Of a stretch of DNA of 64,000 nt, positions 27,194 through 35,655 are shown one piece after another. A program made the position numbers and the translations under genes. The stretch comes from Thermotogota bacterium (GTDB taxonomy: Bacteria; Thermotogota; Thermotogae; MWEM01), in NCBI GenBank assembly GCA_035391225.1, contig DAOPKN010000001.1:119007-183006 (forward strand), read 5' to 3'. The notes beneath the pieces are model-generated. The model saw nothing but the letters and a program-made list of their open reading frames with translations. It ran no database searches and was not told the DNA's origin. Position 1 is the first letter of the stretch; each line of letters starts with the position of its first letter.

Positions 27194-30100
27194 ATGAAAT
27201 GGACCCGTTTGTTTGTGTTCTTCGCAATGCTGTTGCTTGCTGTCGGCTCGCTGTATGCCGCGGAGCTGGTGAACTACTCGTACTTCCCCGCGGACGATTC
27301 CGCGAACTTCATCTTCGTTTTTTCCACGGAACCCACCGGAATGGCCACCCGTTCCCAAGATTACGGTCGATACTTCGAAATCACCTTGCAAGGGAACATA
27401 CAGGATGATCAAGAGATCCTCCGCTTCTTGGGGTACTCCCCGGTAGTGGGATTCAAGGCAACTTCTGGCAAAGACATGATTACCCTTCGATTCGACATGT
27501 TGCTCCCGCGGGAACCACAAGTGGAAATCCTGGCGAACTCCTTGCGAGTTTCTTTCCCTCGGAACACGTTCCCGATCCAGGAATTTGCCTCCTACACCGA
27601 TACGGCATTGTCTGGTGACCGTCCCACGCTGGTATCCTTGCTCACCGTGTTGCGCAAGTACCTGGATGTGAACCTGGTGATCGATGAAACCTCCATCGGC
27701 AATGCCCGAGCGGAATTCGTGATGCTTTCGGAAAACCTGAAGGCCGAGGATTTCTTCCTGCAAATTCTCATGAACAACCCCACCATCGGGTACGCATTCT
27801 TGCCGAACCGCACCATTTACATCGTGCGTAAGGAAGAACTCGATAATAAAGTACAGCAAATGCTCCAAGAAGTGTCCCTTTCTCCCGTGCAAACCACCTC
27901 CTTTTGGTCTTCGTACACGTTCGTGATTCAGAAGAGCTCGGAACTGTACATGTCCCTCAGTGCGCAAGAAGAGAATAGCCAGTCACGAACGTTGAATACC
28001 GAAGCCTTTCGCCAATTGATCCTGGAGGAATTCGGGAACAAGTTCGCCAAAATCGGTCCTACCCTTGCCAACAACCTGATCGTTCTTCCCCGTGGGAAGG
28101 GTGCGGAAGAGGATATTACCGTGGGGGTTTTGCTCTACGGTGAGGCATCTACGCATGAGCGCTTCGAGTATTTCATGGCGTTTTTCGAAGGGATCAATGT
28201 CAGTGGGGAAGAGGGGAACCTTGAAGCGGAACCCAAGGAATACAGCCAAACCATTGCTTTCGACCCGCTGCTCGTGGAGGAACTTCGCGAATTCCTCGTT
28301 TTCTACACCAAAACGATTCGTACGCAGCTCCCGGAAAACGAGCGCAGCTCTTACATCGAGGGAGTAAGCTTCGAAATGAAAAGCCAACCAAACCGTGTCA
28401 TTCTGTACGGTTCCCCCGATCAGGTACAGAAACTCCGCGGATACCTGGAAGGGTATATCCACGACCGGAAAGCGCGGGGCAACGAAAAGTTGGAATCTTT
28501 TCCGGTGCAGGACGGATACGGAAAGATCTTTGCACTTTCCCTGTCCCGGATCTTTCCCAAGGCCCTTTCCGAAAGCCAGGGGTTTTCCGGCAAGGAGTTG
28601 GTCCAAACCCCTACCTTCGAATGGGATAGCCAGTTGGTTTCCGACTTGTACTCTTTCGATGGCCAGGTAGACCAAGTAACCATCCTGGGTTCCAGTTACG
28701 AGGTTTCCACCGCCAAGCGGATCGCGGACGACTGGGGTTTATTGGTGCCACCCTTGGAGTCGGAGATCCGGATGATGGTGTTTTCCAACAACATCCCCGA
28801 ATCCATCCTGGATGGATTGAAAAACCCGCTTGGCCCCAACAGCCTTGCTGCAAGGTTTCCGCTTTTGCAAATCGATTTCAGCTTCGACCCCCTGGTCGTG
28901 GTGAAAGGTAAACCCCACGATATCGATGCGCTGCAAGGGTACGTACGCGAAATCGAGTCGGCCTGGGTGCAGGAGTTTGAGAACTACGAGGTTTTGCCGG
29001 TGAGCGATGCCTTTTTCGCCGAGCAAGGATTGGTCAACGAGCTGCAGCAATTCATTGGGATTCGATGGCCTTCCATCGATTTGTTTCCCTTTCCCGGGTT
29101 GAAGGTTGTGCTTTTGAAAGCCCCCGCTTCGACGAACATGAAAAATGCCATGGAAGAAATCCGACGCGCCGACCAGGAAATTTCCCAAATCCCGGAGGTT
29201 GCTTCGCGGCTGGTGTACTTCGATCGTCTCTCCGAGCAGGACATCCAGTCCATATGGGAAAATTTCTACAAGGAACGGGGCGTGGAAAAGCTGTACTTCT
29301 CTTTCCTCGATGCCTACAAGGTGTATGGTCCCCAGCAAGCCGTGGACGAGATGATCCGCGAACTCAAGGAGCTGGACGTCACCCGCATCATGGGAAGGGC
29401 CACCGAGGAACCCGTGGTTGAAGAGCTGGTGCGGATCCGCATCACCACCCTCAGCTTGCAAGAAGTGCAACAACTCCTTTCCACCAAGGTTCCCAACGTG
29501 GTATTGACCCCCTTCCAGGATATCGGTTTCTTTCTCAAGGGCACGGTGGAACAGATCGAGAAGGCCAAGAACTTCCTGAACACCTTGAGCACGGACTTCA
29601 TGGAGGAAAGCTCCATCGTTTCGCTCTCTTCCGGAGTGGCCCCGGAAACGGTGAAAAGCGTGCTGGCGCTGTACTACCCGGAAGGCCAAATTCAAATCCT
29701 TGACCTGGGCAACTCGCGCCTGTTGTTGAAAGGGCAGAAGGAGCGCTTGGAAAATGCCCGGCTGGTTCTCAAAAGCTTTGGGCTCGTGGACACCCCGGAG
29801 TCGCTGGAGAAGCCCTTTGTGAAAACCGTTGCCTACGGGGCGCAACTACCCGGTAAGATCTACCAGTACTCTCCCGCGGACATTCCCACGCTTCTTTCCG
29901 CGCTGTACCCTTCGCTGCAGGTGGACCACCTGGAAACCTCCCGGGTTTTCCTGCTGATCGGCCAGAAGAGCGACGTCTTGGATGCGGAAGCGTACATCCA
30001 GCAACTTCTTTCCAGCGAAGAACCCATCATTACCCGCACGGTAAGCTTTTCGCGGTTGTACGACGAAACGGCCCGGGCGGACATCACACCTGAAGAACTG

Positions 30101-31432
30101 GTGGAAGCCATTCGCCAGCTATATCCAACCGTGAAGGTGGAAAAGGTGGCGGGGATCAACATGTTCCAGGTGACGGGGATCGAAGCCGACGTGGAACCGG
30201 TAGTCGCGCAGATGCGAAGTTTCATGGATCCCGCTTTCCGCGTGTACGCGGACGGAACCTTCGACATCGACGTTTCCGGGCAATCCATTATCGAACTGTC
30301 CAAGAAAATCGCAGATGCGATGGAACCAGCGTTGCACCTGTATATCCCGGACCAAAGCAATGAAACCACCTGCGACCTTACCATGCAAGGCCTAACCTGG
30401 GAAAAATGGTGCCGGTTGATCGAACGGATTTACGACTTCAACGTGCAACAAATCGATGGGTTGGCAGAGCAGATTTTCGTGATGCTTCCCCCGGGTATCG
30501 AGCATCAAACGGGGGCAAGGAAGCAAAGGGTGTTGAATATTTCCCATGGTTTCGAGGAAGTGTCCAACATCATTGCCAACGTGTACGGCGGAACCGTGTA
30601 CTGGGATGAAAGCAACGGGGTTCTGATTTTTTCCGGCATCACGGATGCGAAAATGGTGGAGATCAAACCCCTGATTTCGCAAATCGTTGACCCCCGAAAA
30701 ATGGTGCAATTAAGTGCTATGGTCATGGAAGATGGTTTCACGGACCAGCTTCTTTCGAATTTCAGCATGAATCTTTCGACCTCGACGCCCACGATGTCGT
30801 TGGATTCCCAGGATGGTTTCAGTATTTCCAGCAGTATCCTGGGAATAGCTGACTTCTCGAAGATCTTGGAGGCCTTAACCCGGAACCTCCAGTTCTCGAT
30901 GAGCTACAACAGTAGCAAGAGCGATGGAAAAACCCAACATATTTCGCAGCCTTTCGTGACCACGTTGAGTGGGGAAAGCGCCTACATTCACGTAGGAAAT
31001 ACGTCGACCTACGAGGTCATTAGTCCGGATTCTACCGAAACCCGTTTGCTCACCAACGAAACGGGGTACGAGTTGAACATCACCCCGTTCGTGCGCGCCA
31101 ATGATACCATTTACTTGGAAGTGGACATCGTGGTTTCGTATCCCACGGACCCTGCTCCGTCCAGCCTTTTTTCGAATGATGAGCGCACTTCCCAAACCAA
31201 GGTGCTCTTGAAGAATGGAGATACCCTGGTCATCGGCGGGCTAAAGGGGGAAAGCATGCAGAAAAGCGTGAAAAAGCTTCCCTTTATTGGTGATTTGCCC
31301 TTCGTGGGGAAATTTTTCCGCAAGGAGACCGACATTTCCAACGAAACGACGCTGAACATCTTCCTCACCGCGAAGGTCATCGAACTCGATCTCCCGGAAA
31401 CCGATATCTTTGGCATGAATACCGGCTACTAA
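27194..31432 (+). CDS. pilQ: Giant secretin (PilQ/GspD family), 1412 aa
   Basis: Signal peptide MKWTRLFVFFAMLLLAVGSLYA. Canonical secretin C-terminal domain GDTLVIGGLKGESMQKSVKKLPFIGDLPFVGKFFRKETDISNETTLNIFLTAKVIELD. About 1100 aa of N-terminal beta-rich domains lie upstream of the secretin core. Confidence 0.85.
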   Translation: MKWTRLFVFFAMLLLAVGSLYAAELVNYSYFPADDSANFIFVFSTEPTGMATRSQDYGRYFEITLQGNIQDDQEILRFLGYSPVVGFKATSGKDMITLRFDMLLPREPQVEILANSLRVSFPRNTFPIQEFASYTDTALSGDRPTLVSLLTVLRKYLDVNLVIDETSIGNARAEFVMLSENLKAEDFFLQILMNNPTIGYAFLPNRTIYIVRKEELDNKVQQMLQEVSLSPVQTTSFWSSYTFVIQKSSELYMSLSAQEENSQSRTLNTEAFRQLILEEFGNKFAKIGPTLANNLIVLPRGKGAEEDITVGVLLYGEASTHERFEYFMAFFEGINVSGEEGNLEAEPKEYSQTIAFDPLLVEELREFLVFYTKTIRTQLPENERSSYIEGVSFEMKSQPNRVILYGSPDQVQKLRGYLEGYIHDRKARGNEKLESFPVQDGYGKIFALSLSRIFPKALSESQGFSGKELVQTPTFEWDSQLVSDLYSFDGQVDQVTILGSSYEVSTAKRIADDWGLLVPPLESEIRMMVFSNNIPESILDGLKNPLGPNSLAARFPLLQIDFSFDPLVVVKGKPHDIDALQGYVREIESAWVQEFENYEVLPVSDAFFAEQGLVNELQQFIGIRWPSIDLFPFPGLKVVLLKAPASTNMKNAMEEIRRADQEISQIPEVASRLVYFDRLSEQDIQSIWENFYKERGVEKLYFSFLDAYKVYGPQQAVDEMIRELKELDVTRIMGRATEEPVVEELVRIRITTLSLQEVQQLLSTKVPNVVLTPFQDIGFFLKGTVEQIEKAKNFLNTLSTDFMEESSIVSLSSGVAPETVKSVLALYYPEGQIQILDLGNSRLLLKGQKERLENARLVLKSFGLVDTPESLEKPFVKTVAYGAQLPGKIYQYSPADIPTLLSALYPSLQVDHLETSRVFLLIGQKSDVLDAEAYIQQLLSSEEPIITRTVSFSRLYDETARADITPEELVEAIRQLYPTVKVEKVAGINMFQVTGIEADVEPVVAQMRSFMDPAFRVYADGTFDIDVSGQSIIELSKKIADAMEPALHLYIPDQSNETTCDLTMQGLTWEKWCRLIERIYDFNVQQIDGLAEQIFVMLPPGIEHQTGARKQRVLNISHGFEEVSNIIANVYGGTVYWDESNGVLIFSGITDAKMVEIKPLISQIVDPRKMVQLSAMVMEDGFTDQLLSNFSMNLSTSTPTMSLDSQDGFSISSSILGIADFSKILEALTRNLQFSMSYNSSKSDGKTQHISQPFVTTLSGESAYIHVGNTSTYEVISPDSTETRLLTNETGYELNITPFVRANDTIYLEVDIVVSYPTDPAPSSLFSNDERTSQTKVLLKNGDTLVIGGLKGESMQKSVKKLPFIGDLPFVGKFFRKETDISNETTLNIFLTAKVIELDLPETDIFGMNTGY

Positions 31433-31443
31433 CCCTTTGCCCC

Positions 31444-31483
31444 AAAAAAAGCTTCCCCGGAACCGTTGGGGAAGCTTTTTTTG
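31444..31483. terminator. Bidirectional rho-independent terminator between convergent pilQ and coxM-like genes
   Basis: A-run, then AAGCTTCCCC-GGAACCGTT-GGGGAAGCTT, then T-run. Confidence 0.85.
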
Positions 31484-31497
31484 CGCGGTAGCAGTAC

Positions 31498-32307
31498 TCA
31501 GGGTTGCGGAATCTTTTCCAGAACCTGTTGCAGGTACACCCCCGCCAGTTCTCGGCGATACTCCTCGGAGCAATCCGCGTTGGATTTGACGTTGATTTCG
31601 TCCTTCAGGGTCTTGATCAAACCATCCATGTGGGAGAGCACTTCGTTTGCGGGCAAGTTTTGCAGCATCTGCTCGGTGTGCCGTGCGCGTTGCGCCACAC
31701 CCGGGCGTGCCCCACAAGCGATTCCCACATCGGAAATGCGGCTCTGCTGCAGGTGAAAGACCGCGCAGAAGTTGAAGTGGGCAATGTCGTACCCCGTTTG
31801 GGCCTGCTTGAAAAACTCCCCGTGGGAATAGGGGAAGGGGATTTCTACCTCGGTGATCAACCCGAGGGGTTTCTGGATCAGGAAGGGTTCGAGCGTCATC
31901 TTCTGCCTTTTGCCATCGAAGTAATGCACCGTTGCCTGGTACGCCACAAGCGCGGTGAGCACGTCGGACCAGGAGTAGGCCTGGCCGATCGTCCCCGCGA
32001 TCGTTGCCATGTTCCGGATCTGGTTGCTTCCCACCTTATCCAGGGCTGTTTTCAGCGGGGAATCGGGCAATTCTTCCAGCAGCTGGTTGAGGGTCACCGC
32101 ACCCCCTACCTTCCAGCTGCCTTGTTTCTTCTCTATGGCGGAGGGCAGGATCTTTTTCACGTCGATGATGGTAAGCGTGGAGTTGTCTTTTCGTTGGGAG
32201 ATGCTCAGCCCACCGGTTAAAAAGAGGGCGTGCGGGTGTTCTTGGGACCATTCCCAGGCTTGTTCGATGCTTTCCGGGTACAGGTAGTTTTCCAGGGCAT
32301 TCATCAT
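31498..32307 (-). CDS. FAD-binding subunit of molybdopterin dehydrogenase family (CoxM/XdhB-like), orphan
   Basis: PCMH-type FAD-binding domain (ALFLTGGLSI, GGAVTL) plus CO-dehydrogenase flavoprotein C-terminal domain. Start at MMNALENY with AAGGAGG RBS (ORF track start is 111 nt further upstream). Confidence 0.75.
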   Translation of the reverse strand: MMNALENYLYPESIEQAWEWSQEHPHALFLTGGLSISQRKDNSTLTIIDVKKILPSAIEKKQGSWKVGGAVTLNQLLEELPDSPLKTALDKVGSNQIRNMATIAGTIGQAYSWSDVLTALVAYQATVHYFDGKRQKMTLEPFLIQKPLGLITEVEIPFPYSHGEFFKQAQTGYDIAHFNFCAVFHLQQSRISDVGIACGARPGVAQRARHTEQMLQNLPANEVLSHMDGLIKTLKDEINVKSNADCSEEYRRELAGVYLQQVLEKIPQP

Positions 32308-32321
32308 GGAAATGCCTCCTT

Positions 32322-34151
32322 TCATTGGGTCAATTTTTGGTCTGGAATGATCTTCTGCAGTTCGATTTGCCAGTTCCCCGAACCATTGCTGGTCTTTTGC
32401 AGGAGCAACTCGATCCATTGCGAAACCAGGGCTGTATCGGAACCGTTGTCATCCAAAACCTTGAAAATCTTGGGATGGGAGGTTTTTTGCACGTTTTCCT
32501 TTTCCAGGAACAGTTCCTCGTAGAGCTTCTCCCCTGGGCGAATGCCGGAGTACACGATGTGCACATCTTGCCCCGGCACCAGTCCTGCAAGAAAGATCAT
32601 CTTCTCCACGAGGTCCTTGATGTACACTTGCTCGCCCATATCCAGCACGAAGAGATCCCCGTTTTTCGCGAAAGTGGAAGCTTGCAGCACCAACGCGGAA
32701 GCCTCCGGAATGGTCATGAAAAAGCGGCGCATTTGGGGGTCGGTGATCGTAACGGGCCCACCGGTGCGGATTTGTTCGCGGAAACGGGGGATCACGCTTC
32801 CCCTGCTGCCGAGAACGTTGCCAAATCGAACCAGGGAGAGTGTTGTGGTGTGGGTGGTTTCCCGTGCCCGGGCGCGAAGGTACATTTCGGCAAGGCGCTT
32901 GGAAGCCCCCATCACGGACGTGGGATTCACGGCCTTGTCGGTGGAAATCAAGATGAAACGGCACACGCCGTGCAGGATACAAGCGTCGATCAGGTTCTTC
33001 GTTCCCTTGGCGTTCACGCGGAAGGCTTCACTGGGGTTTTCCTCCATCAGGGGGACGTGCTTGTGGGCAGCGGTGTGAAACACGATGTCCGGGCGTAACT
33101 GCCCGATCAACCAGCAGATTCGCTTTTCGTCGGTGACATCCGCGATAATGCGTTTTCGCGGAACGGCGGGGAAACTCCGCTGCAGTTCGGCATCCAGTTG
33201 GTAGATGCTGTTTTCCCCACGGCCGAGCAAAAAGAGGGTACCCGGTTGCATCTTCGCAACCTGGCGGGTGATTTCACTTCCGATGCTTCCCCCCGCCCCC
33301 GTGATGAGCACCTTCTTTCCATGGAGCAGTGCACCCACTGCGGAGAGGTCGATTTTCACGGGTTCTCTACCCAACAGGTCTTCGATCGAAATCTCCCGTA
33401 CCATGTCCAAACCGGGGTTTTTTCCCAGGAAGTTCTCGAAGCTGGGAAGGATTTTCAGGTGGAACGTTTCCCGCTGGATCTTGGCGAGGATGGACTTGAT
33501 CTGCTCCGGCTTTGCACTGGGAATGGCGAGGATGATTTCTTCCACCCCGGCGTTGCGGGCAATTTCGTTGACCTTTTCGATGGGTCCGAAAACCGGTACA
33601 CCCCGGATCTTTCGTCCGATTTTTCGTGGAGAATCGTCCACGAACAGTGCCACGTCGCCCTGCCGGGGGGAACGACGGATTTCATCCAGCAACCCCACGC
33701 CAGCTTCTCCGGCACCGACGATGGCGATTCTGCGGGACCCCACCTTTTTTCGACGCGTGTTTTTTCGGTTCAGAATCCAGATCCACCAGAAGCGACTGGA
33801 AAGGATGAGAAGGATTGCTCCAAGCACCATCATGATCCCGATGGAGCGAGGAAGTACCATGTTGGTCAGCCAGTCCAGCAAGAGCACGATGGCGTATCCC
33901 AGTGCAAAGCTCCGGAAGAGCACCAAAATTTCCCCGGAACTCATGTACGCCCAGATGATGCGGTATACCCCGTTCAGGAAAAGGCTCAGCGAGAGCACTC
34001 CCGTGGTGGTTAGGACCACGGGAAGGTACCCCAGGATGGACGAGAAGTCCCAACCGAAGCGCACGAACAAGGACAATAGACCCGAGAGCAGAACCATGGA
34101 AAGGTCGGTTGCCCAAAGGATGAGTTTTCGATGTTTCAGTTGGATCACCAC
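32322..34151 (-). CDS. Membrane-bound nucleotide-sugar 4,6-dehydratase (CapD/WbpM/PglF-like polysaccharide biosynthesis protein)
   Basis: 4 N-terminal TM helices, Rossmann GAGEAGVG and GAGGSIG, SDR catalytic region; 609 aa. Confidence 0.85.
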   Translation of the reverse strand: MVIQLKHRKLILWATDLSMVLLSGLLSLFVRFGWDFSSILGYLPVVLTTTGVLSLSLFLNGVYRIIWAYMSSGEILVLFRSFALGYAIVLLLDWLTNMVLPRSIGIMMVLGAILLILSSRFWWIWILNRKNTRRKKVGSRRIAIVGAGEAGVGLLDEIRRSPRQGDVALFVDDSPRKIGRKIRGVPVFGPIEKVNEIARNAGVEEIILAIPSAKPEQIKSILAKIQRETFHLKILPSFENFLGKNPGLDMVREISIEDLLGREPVKIDLSAVGALLHGKKVLITGAGGSIGSEITRQVAKMQPGTLFLLGRGENSIYQLDAELQRSFPAVPRKRIIADVTDEKRICWLIGQLRPDIVFHTAAHKHVPLMEENPSEAFRVNAKGTKNLIDACILHGVCRFILISTDKAVNPTSVMGASKRLAEMYLRARARETTHTTTLSLVRFGNVLGSRGSVIPRFREQIRTGGPVTITDPQMRRFFMTIPEASALVLQASTFAKNGDLFVLDMGEQVYIKDLVEKMIFLAGLVPGQDVHIVYSGIRPGEKLYEELFLEKENVQKTSHPKIFKVLDDNGSDTALVSQWIELLLQKTSNGSGNWQIELQKIIPDQKLTQ

Positions 34152-35641
34152 CGTGTCGTGAGATGTACGTTTTTCTTTTCCGGCAGCAAGTGGTACTTCT
34201 GCAGCATTTCACGGTTGTCGTGGGTCAAGTACACGCGGACCATCTGCACCAACTTGCCGGAAAGGGATTGGTAAAAGGCGCTTTCCTTCAAGAAAGTCTC
34301 GAAATCCATCAACCGGGTTTCGGAACCTTGTCGTATGAGCAAAAAAACCTGGTTTGCCAGGAATTCGGCGGGATGGGCCAGGCTTAACTTGTACGGCGTG
34401 TCCACCACGAAGAACTCTTGCGGATGGTCCAGCATTCCCTGCAGTGTCGTTTTCTCTTCGTCGGTAATCGTGGGATTCTTTGCCAGGAAAGCACGGATCA
34501 AAGCGTCGATGCTCGAGAGGCCTTCCTTTCCCACGCTTCCCGCAAGGGCACTGGGGTCCATTCCCGTGACACTGAAAGAGGATTCCAAAAGGAGCTTCCA
34601 CAGCTTACGGTCCTGGTAATCCTGCAGGAGTTGGTGGGCCCTTTTGGCCTTCCGTGCCACCTCTTCCGAGGGGAAGTTGTTGTCCTTGTAGTACTGGTGC
34701 ACACGTGCCATGAGCCACCCCTCGGTCATTTGCACGAAGCGTTCCAGGTTTAGGGTTTCCTTTTCCAACTGGAACAGCTCCACGCAAAGCGAAAGGATTT
34801 CCTGCAGCATCAAATCAGCCGCACGGGCCGTTTTGTGGAAGTACACGTTCTTGTACATCATGAATCGGCCGAACAGGACGGTGTAGATGTTGTCCATGAT
34901 CTTCGACTCGTAGCACAGGCGTTCCACGTCGTTTTGGGGGGAAAGGAAGGAGTAGCGGACGATGCGCTGCAAGTCCACCGTGCCGTATTGCCGTGTGCCA
35001 CAGTAATAGGCATCGCGGAGCAGGAAATCGAGACGATCCGCGCCCAGAGGGCCTTGCACGATATTGAAGTCTGCGGTGCCTTCGTGTTCTCCCTGGAACA
35101 GTTGGTTGACAGTTGCCATCAACTCCGCGAAGGCTTTTTCCAGCGAGGGTTTCTCGTCGGGGTCCACGTGCATCCCCGTGATTTCCGCGAGCTGGAGTGC
35201 GATGGAGTGTCTCCAGTTGCCTTTCAAGTTGGAAAAGGTGTGCAATAGATCTCCCGGCATCCATTCCAGTAGAAGGGATGCGCGCATCTGGTCATGCCCC
35301 TCCTCCAACCCCGCCTTGGGGTAGACGATTTCATCGAACTGGTGGCTGAAAGGCCCATGCCCGATGTCGTGCAACAAACCCGCCAAACGAAGCAGAACCC
35401 TTCGGGCAGAAGGGAGTTGCAGATGGTCGGCATACATTCCTGCCACGTGCATCACGCCCAGCGAATGCAAGAAGCGGGAATGGGTTGCCCCGGGGAAAAC
35501 CCTTTCCGCGCCCGCAAGCTGGGAAACGTGGCGGAGCCTTTGCACGGCACGCGTGTCCATGCACAGCATTTCCAACGGGGAAAGAATGATCTCACCGTGC
35601 ACGGGGTCCATGCACACTTTTTGGAGTGGGTTTGGGTTCAT
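34145..35641 (-). CDS. HD-domain dNTP triphosphohydrolase-like protein (Dgt/SAMHD1 family)
   Basis: HD motif HSLGVMHVAG...LLHDIGHGPFSH and Dgt-like helical domains. Start at MNPNPLQK with GGGAGG RBS (ORF track extends 134 codons upstream into low-complexity shadow). Confidence 0.75.
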   Translation of the reverse strand: MNPNPLQKVCMDPVHGEIILSPLEMLCMDTRAVQRLRHVSQLAGAERVFPGATHSRFLHSLGVMHVAGMYADHLQLPSARRVLLRLAGLLHDIGHGPFSHQFDEIVYPKAGLEEGHDQMRASLLLEWMPGDLLHTFSNLKGNWRHSIALQLAEITGMHVDPDEKPSLEKAFAELMATVNQLFQGEHEGTADFNIVQGPLGADRLDFLLRDAYYCGTRQYGTVDLQRIVRYSFLSPQNDVERLCYESKIMDNIYTVLFGRFMMYKNVYFHKTARAADLMLQEILSLCVELFQLEKETLNLERFVQMTEGWLMARVHQYYKDNNFPSEEVARKAKRAHQLLQDYQDRKLWKLLLESSFSVTGMDPSALAGSVGKEGLSSIDALIRAFLAKNPTITDEEKTTLQGMLDHPQEFFVVDTPYKLSLAHPAEFLANQVFLLIRQGSETRLMDFETFLKESAFYQSLSGKLVQMVRVYLTHDNREMLQKYHLLPEKKNVHLTTRW

Positions 35642-35655
35642 GGGTTTTCCTCCCA

